Origin: a virus
IMG/VR virus record: IMGVR_UViG_3300027973_002292
Span: 32,001-96,000 of that record
Length of the DNA: 64,000 nt
Direction: 5' to 3' (one strand)
How positions within the stretch are numbered: position 1 is the stretch's first letter; each line of letters starts with the position of its first letter. The notes beneath the pieces were generated by a model. The model did no database searches, had not been told where the DNA came from, and saw only the letters and a list, made by a program, of their open reading frames with translations. Of the stretch, positions 23,464 through 35,000 are shown in pieces. The position numbers and the translations under genes are program-made.

Positions 23464-26400
23464 ATGGGAGAAGTCAAAAAAAATAGCTCGATAAATATAA
23501 CTAGAAGAATTGGTTCAAGCGTAGAAAATCTTTCGAACAAATTATTCAATGGTTATATTTATAATATGTCACTAGATGTCGGCTACAATGGGGCCGCGAC
23601 AGTATTGACTTTGAACTTAGCTCTAAATAGAACCATTAACCAAGTAAAACTAAATAAAGACGTAATATCTGACAGAAAAAAAGATATTAAAAGAGTTAAA
23701 TCTCTAGTCGCTACTCAAAAAACAGTTCCGTTAAATTACGTTGGCAACACAGGGAATTCTGGAGCAGGAACATATATAGGAGCTCAAAATCAAATAGCGC
23801 AAATTTCAGACAAGGATTTCAATATTGATCCAAATTACATTGGTACAACATGTTCTTATGATATCGCTATCTACGATCCTCTTGGAAATCCAACTTATAA
23901 TTTTAGAAATTTTAAGATAGTTACTTTTTCAATTAGCAAAAAGAATGATCAGAAAATTCTTACTTTAGTACTTAAGGATAATTCTTTCGTTTTAGATAAG
24001 GTTTTTGTTGGGCTATTGGGGCAAGAAATAGCTATTGATTATAGATCAGAAACTGACGCGTTAGTAAGTGGTATTACAATATCTTGCCCACAAATAGGAA
24101 CAACATGCAAAGCTGGCACTGTAACTCTTAATAATTTGAGGCAGAGTTTGCATTTTTCAAATAACAATTTCAAAAATAATTTTTATAATCAATTAGGAAT
24201 AGGAAAAGATAAAAACTATTCTAATATTAATATTTCTGCTGGAGATGTGGTGTCGACCGATAAGGCTAATTACGTTATTATATCATCTAAAGACGCGAAT
24301 AAAAGCATATACAAAGGCTATGGAGCGGTAATTATTCTTGGAGAAGAGGAGTTTAAGGATGCGCCTTGCGCAGCCGCAGAAGTTTCTTATTCGTTTGACA
24401 CTTTCTTAAAAGCGATAAAAAAATTAGGAATAACAATAACTGAAAATGATAGACCAGCGAATGCTCCGCTTACAGTTGATTATAGTTCAATAAAAGATAA
24501 ATCTGCTGGTAAATTAAAGAAGTCTTTTCATGGCACTCTAAGACAAGTATTAAATCAATGGTGCGAAGAATTTGGATACTCTTACTGTATTGATTTCACC
24601 AAGTCTTCAAGCGATGCTTTTGTTATTAAAGGTATTGATCTATCTTCCAGCTTAGGAAAAGAGACTGTTCTTTCTACTAAATTAGCGCTAGAAGATCTAG
24701 AATCAAGCGCGTCGAATTCTACATTTGTTGTAAAATCAGAAGATTTTTCTTATGATTTATCCCAACAAAAATTAAAGATTTACTCTTCTTATTACTTTAA
24801 AGACGCAAAAGAAAAAACAATAACTCACCAAAATGATTTGGGAAATAAAGCTTTCAGAAGCATTAGTTTGTTAACTGAATTCCCTCAGCTATTTGGAAGC
24901 GGAATGACGGGAAAAAAAGAGTATGGAGCTGGGTCTACTAGAGTTAGAGATTTTTCTGGAGCTTATAGAAGTTATGAGGAGGTTCTTACGTCTGCTATCC
25001 TTGGAAAACACTCCCCAAGACTAAGGGAAATATATAATTACAGCATTGGAGCTTATCAAGCTTTGGGATTTGTTCCTTTTTATGGAGACTCATCTTCTTC
25101 TAGAGTCCAGTTGCCAGCAGATAAAACATTAATATTCTCAGAAGCAATTTCTCACGTTTTAGAATATCAAAGTCAAAATTTATTTCATGAAGACGGCTCG
25201 CCTTGCTACGATATGGGTTTAGGATTTTATAATGAAGAGCTTTCAAGAACAGTATTGGAACTAGAGTCTTTTATCGCTGATTTCGTAGGAAGATATTATT
25301 GGACTGATTTAATATCAGTGCTAGATGGAGAATATGGAAATGAAAATTACTATGCTAAATACGAAGTGTCTTCTTCGGCTCCAGTGCAGAAAGTCTTAGC
25401 CGGACAGTTATATAATTTAGATGTTTTCAAAAAAGCTAGATATTTAATTCAATCTATAGCGGCCGTTTTCTCCACAGGAACGACTCAATACTTCAACGCT
25501 TACAATTCTTTAAACGAAGCCGCTGTTAATATAAATAATATATGCGATCAAGCTCAGAAAGCTTACGCTCAATTGCAAGGAAACTCTTTGGCTTTGAAAA
25601 AATTCAGATTCTTCTACGAAAGAAGTACTGCGTCTTATGGTGTATACCAAGAATTTATTAATGACATTCAAAACTTAAAGGTTTCAATAGCTGGCAATAC
25701 AACTGCAGCACCAGAGCAGATTGATTTAGCGCAAGTTTACTCTCCTACTTTTAAAGAGATGTCTCCAGTGTCTCTTGGGTTATTGCAAGCAGCTTTACCA
25801 ATTGACATATCTAACGTAGCATTAGGATCATTTAAATTTGGTGTTTTGATTGGAGTTGTTTCGTACAGACAAATTTTTAATTTCACGCCTCAAACAAATA
25901 AACCTAATCAAATAGAAATACAAAACAGCATTTACTCAAGATGCGCAGAGCTTCTTAAAATTAATACCTCTGGTCGTCCTAGTACTGTAGCTAAAAATAA
26001 AAAATCATGCAGTAAAACTTTACTTTATGAAACTTGCGTCAAGCCTTGCGATCAAGCGTCCACAGACATGGGCATAGATGATACTGTAAACTTTGTTTCT
26101 GGCCCAAATCCATATAGTTGCTTTAGAGTAAGAATAGATAGATATAATACTAAATTCTTGGATAATTTTGTTTTGGGACAATTATTCAGACCCGTGTCTA
26201 GTAATGGGTCTTTAAGCTTAGAGGCAATGGTTGATAATCAAGCTTCGGTTTTAGTATCTAGCGTAAGAAAAGCTGGAAACACGCCTTATACGGAATTTAA
26301 AACATCAAATCAATACGAAAGTATAACTGCGCCATCTACTGAGACTTACCAAATAAGACTGATAAGCACTACAACTTCTGAGAGTTTTATGCCTTTTAAA

Positions 26401-26934
26401 AATTATATTTTAGGAGGAGTAGAAAATCCCGACGATTTATTAAAAATTCTAAATAACGAAAATTTTTCATTAGATTTAAATGTAAATAATATTACCCCGA
26501 ATGTTAGAGAGCTTTTTGGAGATGAAACAAATCCATCATTTATTAACGCTCCGGTTGATCTAACAAGAGTCGCAGACTATCCTGTTTTTATTCAATATCA
26601 GGGATACAATGGAGATAATCCTACTTATGAGTTTTCTACTTTTTATAAATACCATAACGCATTAAAGACTTACTACGATTCTGCTTCAATATCGCTTTCA
26701 GAGCCTAGCGTGAAATTTTCAGCAGACATTTTTTGCAGTGAAATATCTTCTGGGCTTAGAAATTTGCTTACGGTTGATAACGGATTAACAAAATTAAATA
26801 TAAATTTAGCAGAAAATGGTTTAAATATCAATTGCTCTTTCGATAGCTCTCCAGCTTCATTAGTGAATCTGGAAACGTTAATAAATAAAAATAAGCCAAA
26901 CATTAAACTTTTAAATACAAATTATTTCCAATGA
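23464..26934 (+). CDS. Putative baseplate hub / Tal-like tail-tip protein, 1156 aa
   Basis: Hub-like motif FHGTLRQVLNQWCEEFGYSYCID and C-terminal strand GLTKLNINLAENGLNINCSF; consistent position in the tail module. Confidence 0.45.
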   Translation: MGEVKKNSSINITRRIGSSVENLSNKLFNGYIYNMSLDVGYNGAATVLTLNLALNRTINQVKLNKDVISDRKKDIKRVKSLVATQKTVPLNYVGNTGNSGAGTYIGAQNQIAQISDKDFNIDPNYIGTTCSYDIAIYDPLGNPTYNFRNFKIVTFSISKKNDQKILTLVLKDNSFVLDKVFVGLLGQEIAIDYRSETDALVSGITISCPQIGTTCKAGTVTLNNLRQSLHFSNNNFKNNFYNQLGIGKDKNYSNINISAGDVVSTDKANYVIISSKDANKSIYKGYGAVIILGEEEFKDAPCAAAEVSYSFDTFLKAIKKLGITITENDRPANAPLTVDYSSIKDKSAGKLKKSFHGTLRQVLNQWCEEFGYSYCIDFTKSSSDAFVIKGIDLSSSLGKETVLSTKLALEDLESSASNSTFVVKSEDFSYDLSQQKLKIYSSYYFKDAKEKTITHQNDLGNKAFRSISLLTEFPQLFGSGMTGKKEYGAGSTRVRDFSGAYRSYEEVLTSAILGKHSPRLREIYNYSIGAYQALGFVPFYGDSSSSRVQLPADKTLIFSEAISHVLEYQSQNLFHEDGSPCYDMGLGFYNEELSRTVLELESFIADFVGRYYWTDLISVLDGEYGNENYYAKYEVSSSAPVQKVLAGQLYNLDVFKKARYLIQSIAAVFSTGTTQYFNAYNSLNEAAVNINNICDQAQKAYAQLQGNSLALKKFRFFYERSTASYGVYQEFINDIQNLKVSIAGNTTAAPEQIDLAQVYSPTFKEMSPVSLGLLQAALPIDISNVALGSFKFGVLIGVVSYRQIFNFTPQTNKPNQIEIQNSIYSRCAELLKINTSGRPSTVAKNKKSCSKTLLYETCVKPCDQASTDMGIDDTVNFVSGPNPYSCFRVRIDRYNTKFLDNFVLGQLFRPVSSNGSLSLEAMVDNQASVLVSSVRKAGNTPYTEFKTSNQYESITAPSTETYQIRLISTTTSESFMPFKNYILGGVENPDDLLKILNNENFSLDLNVNNITPNVRELFGDETNPSFINAPVDLTRVADYPVFIQYQGYNGDNPTYEFSTFYKYHNALKTYYDSASISLSEPSVKFSADIFCSEISSGLRNLLTVDNGLTKLNINLAENGLNINCSFDSSPASLVNLETLINKNKPNIKLLNTNYFQ

Positions 26935-28334
26935 TAATTTCTGGACTTAAATATAGAAGCTTAGTTAGAGATAATGCGTTTTCAGCAGCGTTTGATTTGT
27001 CTTTCTCTAATGTTGCAGGAACAGCTCAAGTAGGTTTCAGCGGTCAAAATAAAACGTATAAATTTTCATTCATAAGCGGAAAAGTTTTAGATGACCAGGG
27101 AAGATATTTCTATTCATACACTCCGAATCAATTGTTTTCTTTAAGCACCAATTTTTCTGGGGTAGCTTACGATTACGCTGTAAACAACCAAATTGTTACA
27201 TACTCTGGATCAAAGCAGAATTTTTATGTTGATAATTTTTACGTCAATACTACCGGTGTTAATTTAGAAACATCAATAACCATAAACGCTGATAAGCCAA
27301 GTTTAACGCTTTATTACCCAGATTCTTTTATAACTGGTCAGTTTATCACTGGTTATTTAGTAACAGATTCTCTAAGTGGAATTAAATTATTCACTGGTTC
27401 TTTTGATGATTTATCTTCTTTTTCTTTCGAGAGTCTGCCCACTGGATATGTAACTTCAGTTTCTAGCGGTCAAGTGATAATAAAACAAAAAGATCCCTTT
27501 GTGGGAAAATTAATTTCAGCTTTTAATTTGGATACTAATGCTGGAGCTTATTCTCAAGATATTACAGTTACTGCTGCGGAAAAACCGTTTTTAAATTATG
27601 TTTTTAATTTTAATAGCTCTTCTCCAGATCCGAATTCTTCTAATGATTGGGTTTCTTCTTTAAGTGCTCAAGGGGTTGAAACTGGAATATTGAAAACTGC
27701 CGAAGCGGAATTCGTTTATTCCTACGCAACAAATTATACAAATTTACAGCCAACATCCTTGCCGTTAGTTATTTCTTTGTCTTACGTTTCTGGGACTACT
27801 GGATATTACGGATTAGTTACTGATGTTTCTATGGTCAGTGGAGGCAATGGTTACTTAAGCTCTCCAACAGTAATTTTTAGCGGAGGAGGAGCGTCTGTTG
27901 CTGCGTCTGGGCAAGCTGTGCTAGGTGAAACAAGAAGCAATTTCGATCAGGTTAATTCTATTTTAATGTCTTATGATGGTTTAGGATACACATCGGCTCC
28001 TAAAGTATTGTTTTCTGGAGGCTCAGGCATCATAAATAATGCTTATCCATCAATAGCTTCTGGAAATGCAAATGTGGTTCAATATACAAAATCTTTTACA
28101 GGATGCTTTAATCTCTACACTGGAATCAATGGAGACTATAAAGAGTTCAGATCTCAAAACTATACTTCTCCAAGCGGATACGCTAGGTCTACTTCTTTTA
28201 TTTATTTCGATAGTCCAATTAATATAAAAGTTGAATATAAAACAACTTACGATAACAATCCTCTAGTGGCTAAACTGTCTGTTAGTGGAGTAGATGGAAA
28301 TATAACAGAAACATTGATAACAGGAATAAAATAA
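26931..28334 (+). CDS. Virion structural protein with G-x-GY-x-S-x-P-x-V-x-FSGG repeats
   Basis: GGNGYLSSPTVIFSGGG and DGLGYTSAPKVLFSGGSG, a repeat type common in phage baseplate and structural proteins. Confidence 0.55.
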   Translation: MIISGLKYRSLVRDNAFSAAFDLSFSNVAGTAQVGFSGQNKTYKFSFISGKVLDDQGRYFYSYTPNQLFSLSTNFSGVAYDYAVNNQIVTYSGSKQNFYVDNFYVNTTGVNLETSITINADKPSLTLYYPDSFITGQFITGYLVTDSLSGIKLFTGSFDDLSSFSFESLPTGYVTSVSSGQVIIKQKDPFVGKLISAFNLDTNAGAYSQDITVTAAEKPFLNYVFNFNSSSPDPNSSNDWVSSLSAQGVETGILKTAEAEFVYSYATNYTNLQPTSLPLVISLSYVSGTTGYYGLVTDVSMVSGGNGYLSSPTVIFSGGGASVAASGQAVLGETRSNFDQVNSILMSYDGLGYTSAPKVLFSGGSGIINNAYPSIASGNANVVQYTKSFTGCFNLYTGINGDYKEFRSQNYTSPSGYARSTSFIYFDSPINIKVEYKTTYDNNPLVAKLSVSGVDGNITETLITGIK

Positions 28335-28867
28335 TGCAATCAAGAACTTTAAAAACATCAACGCTAACGACATCTTTTTTAGATCTTTATATTTTTAATT
28401 ATAATGGTGATCAAACAGCTTTTGGGTTTAATTCTTTGCCGGCCACTAATCTTATGTTGCGTCAAAAAATTGCTAAATTCGTACCAACTGCCGCGACTGT
28501 TTTCGCTTCTGATTTTATTAATTATACCGAGGGCAAAATACTATGCGTCAATACTCAAACCTTAATGAATAAAGATGTATTTAAAACTTTTAACTCCGTA
28601 TCTAATACTTTGAAATTTACATTAGTGTTAATGCCAGAAGAATTTATTAACTCTAAGCCTAATCAGCTGACGTCTCCATATGTTTATGGAGAAAAGATAA
28701 GAGTAATTGGATGTTTCGAAGCAGTAAAAGAAACAACAACTGTTGCTGGTACAACTCAGACTAAGTTGTCTAGAAATAAAATTTATATCTATAGAGATTC
28801 TAATCTCAAAGGAAGAAGCAAGGGCGGCCAATCTCAATCTGGAACTGGAGTAGGAGTGTGGAGTTAA
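28334..28867 (+). CDS. Hypothetical structural protein
   Basis: 177-aa ORF coupled by a TAATG overlap, in the tail module. Confidence 0.6.
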   Translation: MQSRTLKTSTLTTSFLDLYIFNYNGDQTAFGFNSLPATNLMLRQKIAKFVPTAATVFASDFINYTEGKILCVNTQTLMNKDVFKTFNSVSNTLKFTLVLMPEEFINSKPNQLTSPYVYGEKIRVIGCFEAVKETTTVAGTTQTKLSRNKIYIYRDSNLKGRSKGGQSQSGTGVGVWS

Positions 28868-28868
28868 A

Positions 28869-31800
28869 ATGGTTAAAATTTCTAAAGCTTCTAAAGTTGC
28901 TAAAGATAGCAAAACGCTTCATACCCAGCACAATGCATTGGCGGAAGCTTTCAATTCAAGAATATTATCTGGACTAGGCGACTGTGCTTGGAGAATTTTT
29001 TATTACGCTTTCTCTACTTTTAGAGGAGTAAGAAACCCTGATGGAGACGCTTATCCGGCTCAAGACGAATGGTTTAAATTTTACGCTTATTTAGAACCCA
29101 AAGCAATGATTGGTAAGTTTGGTTGGCCCGAAGCTCCAGCAGGAGAAGCTCAGGGCGCTAATGTCGCAAATCCATTCATGGCTTGGATTTTTGGCAACAA
29201 TACTAGAGTAAAGAAAATAGATGGAACTAGTGATAATACTAAGGATAGAATTCACGGCCTTTGGTCTGAACCGATTAGATTGGGAGGGCTAGAGGCTCAG
29301 CCTCCGAGACCGGGAGTAACTGAAGGTCCAATATATAGAGCTAGCGGACACTCAAGATTAAGTCAGGTCTGGTTCGATTCAGAGATTCAAAGGGGTTGCT
29401 GTGCTTATATACCAAATTATATATATACTCTTCCTAATGGTCAAAGAGCTCAAAAAGTAGTTCAGCTTTTATCTTTAGGAATCGCTGGAGCAGCAAGAAG
29501 ACACTTAAAATACGTAATGGAAACTGTTTCGATGGGAAGATATGCTCCAAGTTATGTTCCGGATGTGAGAGGCAAAGGGGGGATATTTAGGAAAAAGAAC
29601 GCAGTAAAAGATCAAATAGACCAAGCTATGTTTTATTATTTGTCTTTTTTTAGAGGCACTGAAGATCAAAGAGCAGATCATAATAAAATATCTCCTAATG
29701 TTGCGGACAATGGTTTTAATTTTGAAACATTTTTTTCTCGTCAATTTTTGCTAGCTCCTAATTATTCTGAACCTAAATACGAATTAGATCAAAGCGGAAA
29801 AATTAAGAAAGATCAATTTGGTAATGGAATAGTAAAATACGATAGTATTGGATACCCAGAACTTTTCCCTCAAAGCCCAAGTTTTTACTGGAGTGTGCCG
29901 GTAACAAATGCTATTGATAATACTTTTGTACCCTGTTCGTCTTCTGTAGATCAAAAATTTAAACAGTTAGACAGTTATTCTTTCACAAGTTCTTCTGGTC
30001 CATTTTTTGATACTAATCCTCCAAATTCTTTTAATAAATTTTGTTTGGCATCTTTATTCATACAAACTTCAGATATAGCATCGACAACAGACTCTGGGTC
30101 TTCAGCCTTGTTAAGGGGTTTATCTATAGATGTTTATTTAAATGAAAAATTCTATGTTGGAATCCCAATCGGATCAGAGTCTATATACCCAGTCAACAAA
30201 AGAACAGGAGCGGTTAATAATCGAATAACAGGAGTGGTAAATCAATATCAGATATATCAATTTAATAAAATTTATTATTTTGAATATCCGGTAAAAGGAA
30301 AAGTAAGCTTTAAAGTAAGAAGCACTACAGACAATGGGGTCTTGAACGTTGGAAAAAAAATAGTTGATGGTTCAACTTTTACTTTAAATAATTTTTCAAT
30401 TTTCTTGAAGTTCGCTCACGTTTTTGAAATGAAACCAACCGTTGCTGACGCTTATACTCTAATGAGAGTCACTACTACAGAAGAGCAAGGAGCAGATGCT
30501 GGGCAAATGGATCCAGTAGGACATTTCAATGGAGAGTCATGCAAGACTGTTTTTGCTAATTATTATAAATTTGGAGTAGGATATACGTTGAGACAAAATG
30601 CGTCTTTATTCCAAAACGAGGCTTATGTTAGCGCAAATCCAGTTTACGAGTCTGCTAGAAAATTTATATCTAGTAATGTAAAAATGGCCGATAGAGTCAC
30701 TTTAGTTGATTATGAGGTTGATGCAGGAGGTAAATCGGTTTTATATTTTTTGAGATTTGCTTACGGAATGAAAAACTCAGGAGTAGATATTTTTAGAGGG
30801 CTTGGCCCTTCTATTACTCCGGTTGGTAATAGAAACATTCGTGGTTCAAAAACAGAAGTATTTATTCCAATAGTCAAAGGAAAGAAGTATATTGTTTTAG
30901 ATTCTTCTTCCGCTAGAGATGGCTATGTGCTGTATAGGATTGATGAAGCTAGGGTTGAAAAATATCGCCACTCTGAAACTTTTATAGGTGGAGATTATTA
31001 TTATATTTCTAAGCACTCTAATGATACAGTTGGCCTTTACGAAATAGAAGGAATCACATCTTCAAATTTAATAAATAAAACCCCAAAGATAAAAATCAAA
31101 CCTGATGATAAAAATCTTCAATATTCAAATGGTAACGTAAGTAATGAGTGGACAATGTTCATGTCTTATAACCTTTATCACTGGTCAAATAGCTCAGCTT
31201 GGAAGCCTGCTATGTATGGTGATATAATGGGAGCATTAAATGGGAGATGCTTAACCGCAAGCGATACTTTAGAATATAATAGAGGCACATCTAAAAATGT
31301 AAAAAAACATCTAGCAAATGTAACTTGGAAACCATACGATATTCCATTAGTAGTAGAGGCCCCAACTGGATACAACTATATAGAAGGAGCTAATACAGAC
31401 TTATCTAAATCTGGCTCTTCAGATCCAAATTACGCTTTAAGTTTTGCTTCTAGCTGTCCAGTTTACAAGTCTCCATATTATTTAGAATCAGCAGTTAGAG
31501 TTAATCCATTTGATCCTAATTGCGAAGTCATAAAAGTGACTCTGAATACTCGTCTTACTCCATCTAAGGTTAATGGTGCTACTGCTCAATTCAAAGGAAA
31601 AGTAAGTGAAAATTTAGCAGATTTTGTCAATAAAGCTAATGCGTTCGAATTTAGAACTGACGAGTCCGCTGTTATCGATTACGTTTTGCACACAATATCT
31701 AACAGATCGTGTCCCAGAGGTATTCCTGGAGATGTCTCTTTAGACAATAGACAATTTTGGACTAAACAAAGACCTTTCGGATGCTGCTATCCAAGATTCT

Positions 31801-32096
31801 ATTTTGTTAAATTAATACCTAAAGTATCTGCAGATACAGTAATGTATTCAGATCACTATACTCAGATGGAGTATTATCTTAGAGCAATGTGTAATGGATT
31901 TGTGAACAACAGCACAGAGATAGCTCCTCAAGAAATTCAAAAAATAATTTCAGAAAATGAAACAGGTATTGATTATGTTGGGGGTTATGACTCTGCGGTT
32001 GGGGATTATTTATTTGAAGACCTCATGAGAAAATCTTATGATATTTCGACTAGTAATTACATACCAATACCGCCAAGTTCTAGTACGAAACAATAA
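28869..32096 (+). CDS. Large hypothetical virion protein, 1075 aa
   Basis: Long ORF in the structural operon, Trp/Cys-containing. N-terminal QHNALAEAFNSRI segment; no confident family. Confidence 0.6.
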   Translation: MVKISKASKVAKDSKTLHTQHNALAEAFNSRILSGLGDCAWRIFYYAFSTFRGVRNPDGDAYPAQDEWFKFYAYLEPKAMIGKFGWPEAPAGEAQGANVANPFMAWIFGNNTRVKKIDGTSDNTKDRIHGLWSEPIRLGGLEAQPPRPGVTEGPIYRASGHSRLSQVWFDSEIQRGCCAYIPNYIYTLPNGQRAQKVVQLLSLGIAGAARRHLKYVMETVSMGRYAPSYVPDVRGKGGIFRKKNAVKDQIDQAMFYYLSFFRGTEDQRADHNKISPNVADNGFNFETFFSRQFLLAPNYSEPKYELDQSGKIKKDQFGNGIVKYDSIGYPELFPQSPSFYWSVPVTNAIDNTFVPCSSSVDQKFKQLDSYSFTSSSGPFFDTNPPNSFNKFCLASLFIQTSDIASTTDSGSSALLRGLSIDVYLNEKFYVGIPIGSESIYPVNKRTGAVNNRITGVVNQYQIYQFNKIYYFEYPVKGKVSFKVRSTTDNGVLNVGKKIVDGSTFTLNNFSIFLKFAHVFEMKPTVADAYTLMRVTTTEEQGADAGQMDPVGHFNGESCKTVFANYYKFGVGYTLRQNASLFQNEAYVSANPVYESARKFISSNVKMADRVTLVDYEVDAGGKSVLYFLRFAYGMKNSGVDIFRGLGPSITPVGNRNIRGSKTEVFIPIVKGKKYIVLDSSSARDGYVLYRIDEARVEKYRHSETFIGGDYYYISKHSNDTVGLYEIEGITSSNLINKTPKIKIKPDDKNLQYSNGNVSNEWTMFMSYNLYHWSNSSAWKPAMYGDIMGALNGRCLTASDTLEYNRGTSKNVKKHLANVTWKPYDIPLVVEAPTGYNYIEGANTDLSKSGSSDPNYALSFASSCPVYKSPYYLESAVRVNPFDPNCEVIKVTLNTRLTPSKVNGATAQFKGKVSENLADFVNKANAFEFRTDESAVIDYVLHTISNRSCPRGIPGDVSLDNRQFWTKQRPFGCCYPRFYFVKLIPKVSADTVMYSDHYTQMEYYLRAMCNGFVNNSTEIAPQEIQKIISENETGIDYVGGYDSAVGDYLFEDLMRKSYDISTSNYIPIPPSSSTKQ

Positions 32097-32097
32097 T

Positions 32098-35000
32098 ATG
32101 AGCGCATTAACCGAAAATAAACAATTCCTTAGCGGAGTTTTGGCTGGTGAAACTTTAGATTTTGACAAGGATGTTTTCGGGCTTTGGGTTAGTGTTTTTG
32201 AAAATGTTAATCACAGTGTTAATGGGTATTCATATCCTAAGCCAATAGTACAAGATTTTACAGCGTTAGACTACGCGGTAGTAAATAAAAAATTATCAAC
32301 ATTCAATTACGATGGTGAATATTCTGATGTAAAGTTTTTTATCACTTCTGGAAAAAAAGGATTTGAAGATTTTACAGAAATTGTTTCTGATATAACTGAC
32401 ACATTTGTTACTGGCTACAAGCCTTTAGTAATTATGCCAGATATGGATTTTGTTGGCAAAGTCTATAGAAAATACGAAATCACAGGATTAGTAAAGTCTT
32501 TGTATGGTAATGGTCAAATTCTAACCGTCTCTGGAGAAGACTGGACGGCAACCAATATATCAGTTCAAGCTAACGGGACCGATTTGGAATACGGTTACTA
32601 CGATCAACAATATTCGGGATACTCAAATGAGGTAACGGCTAGATACAAGTTTCTTTACGACAATCCAAATAATTCTATTGAACAAAATATTTCCACATTT
32701 GAGATGCCAACTCAAGTTGAAAATGGAGCAGATATAAGATACAGAATATCAAGGAAAAGCGATCCGCTTGGATCTTATTTTTCTCCTATCACAACTGCAG
32801 ATGGTAAAATAACAATAGATTATTCTATATATAAAGATGAAGTATCTGGATTTGCGGATTCTTTGGTTAACTATAATTTTAAGCAAACAGCAAAATTTGT
32901 ATTTCCTCAAAGAGTATTTCAAAACTTAGAGCAAGGTCAGTCTGTTATTAGACCAATAAACGATTCTTCAATAACTGGCGTTCAGTTGTCTAGAATAGTT
33001 GATAAGAATGATTTAGATTATTTTAGTTTTAAACTATTAACAACTGGAAATTATTCTGAAATATACAAAGTATCTTTTAATTTAGATAGATTTTCTTCTA
33101 TAGTGAAGCAAGATGTTCAAGGCTATGTTTTAACTGGAATTCAAATAGAAGACGGATCACCAAAAACAGTTATTGATATAGCAATAAATTCAGGAGTTTA
33201 CCCGAGAGTAATTCAATCTACAAAATATAATTCTGATGAGCTGTTAAATCTAGTAAATTCAGATGAGCTAATATACAATGAGGAAAAGGCTCAAGAAAAC
33301 GCTGCTAATATTGATTATGGTGATGAAGATAAGTTTGCGCTTAATTTAAGGCAAGACGTAGAAAATAGACAAAAAATTATAAATAGCCTTCTTACAGATG
33401 ATCCTTTGGCTGGGCTAGAAGACTCAACAGACACTACCATCTCAAGAAGAACCGTAGACGATTTGGAGATAGAAGACTTAAACTCTGAAAATGAAAACAT
33501 TATATTACAGAAATTTATTCTGCCCATTTTCCCTTTACCAAAGGAAGCCGTTGATAAGGATTATTTTTCTAATTATATAAACTCTGGAGAAGAGTATGTA
33601 GCTAACCCATTGGTTTCTTATAATTTAAATACTAATTATCTTTTCTATGGAAATCAATATGGTCAATTAGGATACTACATAGAAGAAACTGAGAACGGAA
33701 CAACAAGAACAGTAATAAATTCAACTTGCAATGGTGTATTTATAAAAGAAACGGGAGTTTGCATTGGAGATTCTGCTACTTTCGCTAACATGCCGTATGT
33801 TGATGAGGTTTATCTTTTAAATGGCCAAGCTACAAATATTCCTAGTAACGGAATAATATCAAAACAAAACTTTATTGATAATGATACTTGGTCTTCTGCT
33901 ATTAATTATTATTATAATAAAAATTATTTATTGTCATGCGCTATCTTCCCGACAGATTCTGAAGAAGGGCGGCAGACTGCTTTAAAGAACGCTTTAAGCA
34001 CAGCTTTGGGAAGAGTTGGCGTTGGGATGGGAGAGTTCGCTGTGGCCGGCAAAGATGAAGACGCTTTAATTTATGTCGAGAGAGAAATTTACGTTGAAAG
34101 TTACGACTCCGATCAGATCGGTTTATTTAATAATGTTATCAATCCGATAGTTGGGGTAACTGGAGATTTTGAATTACAAACAGAGGGCAAAGAAAAACTT
34201 TACGCGGTTCAAACTTTTGATACCAGTTTTGCGGCAAGCAGTAAGATGTCTAGGTATTTCTTTAATGCAAAAGATTATCAAGAGAATGTTGTTTTTAATT
34301 CTTTTTATCCTTGCAAAGATAATGCTGGAAATCAAATATTAAGTTACGCAACTGGAGAAAATTATGGGACAGTTTATTCTAAAGACATCTCTTTAGATCA
34401 GTCTCAAATCTATAGGTTAGAGTATGTAACTGGAGACGCTTTTACTTATCAAAAACTCTCCTCATACTCCGCTTGGAATGGATTAAATAATGCAAGCATT
34501 ACTATAACTAATCAAGATGAAAAAAACTATGGCTACCATTTGTATGGATATAATTCTGCGACTGATGAGCTTACGTTTACAAAAGCAAATGTGAAAAGCG
34601 CCGACACGGCAAGCGTTGGTCAAACGAATGCCGTAGTTTTAAAATTTAATAAAAAAGGATTTGGTCAAAAAACTTACGTTAAACAAGACAACGTTAATGC
34701 TTTCCGAGCGATAGATAGCACCGTAGTTAATTCTAGCTTTGAAATGGTAGATCAAGCTAAAGTCTTTTTTAATTTACAAAAATACGATTACGAAGCAAAA
34801 ATTACGACAAGCGATGACAATGAATCTATTCCTTGGTATACAAATAAACAAAATCCAATAAATGACGATAACTATGGTCAAGACGATGCTTTTGGATTAG
34901 TTATACCTAGATTTTTTCAAGACTCTTCAGAAGAAGCTAAGGCTTTAGCGGAGAGTTTAATGTTTTTTCCTAATGGCCCTTCTACTTCAAAAAATTACGA

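Noticed and set aside
32038-32097. Upstream start for the giant protein
   Set aside because: It overlaps the previous gene by 59 nt, whereas ATG 32098 fits the recurrent TAATATG junction.
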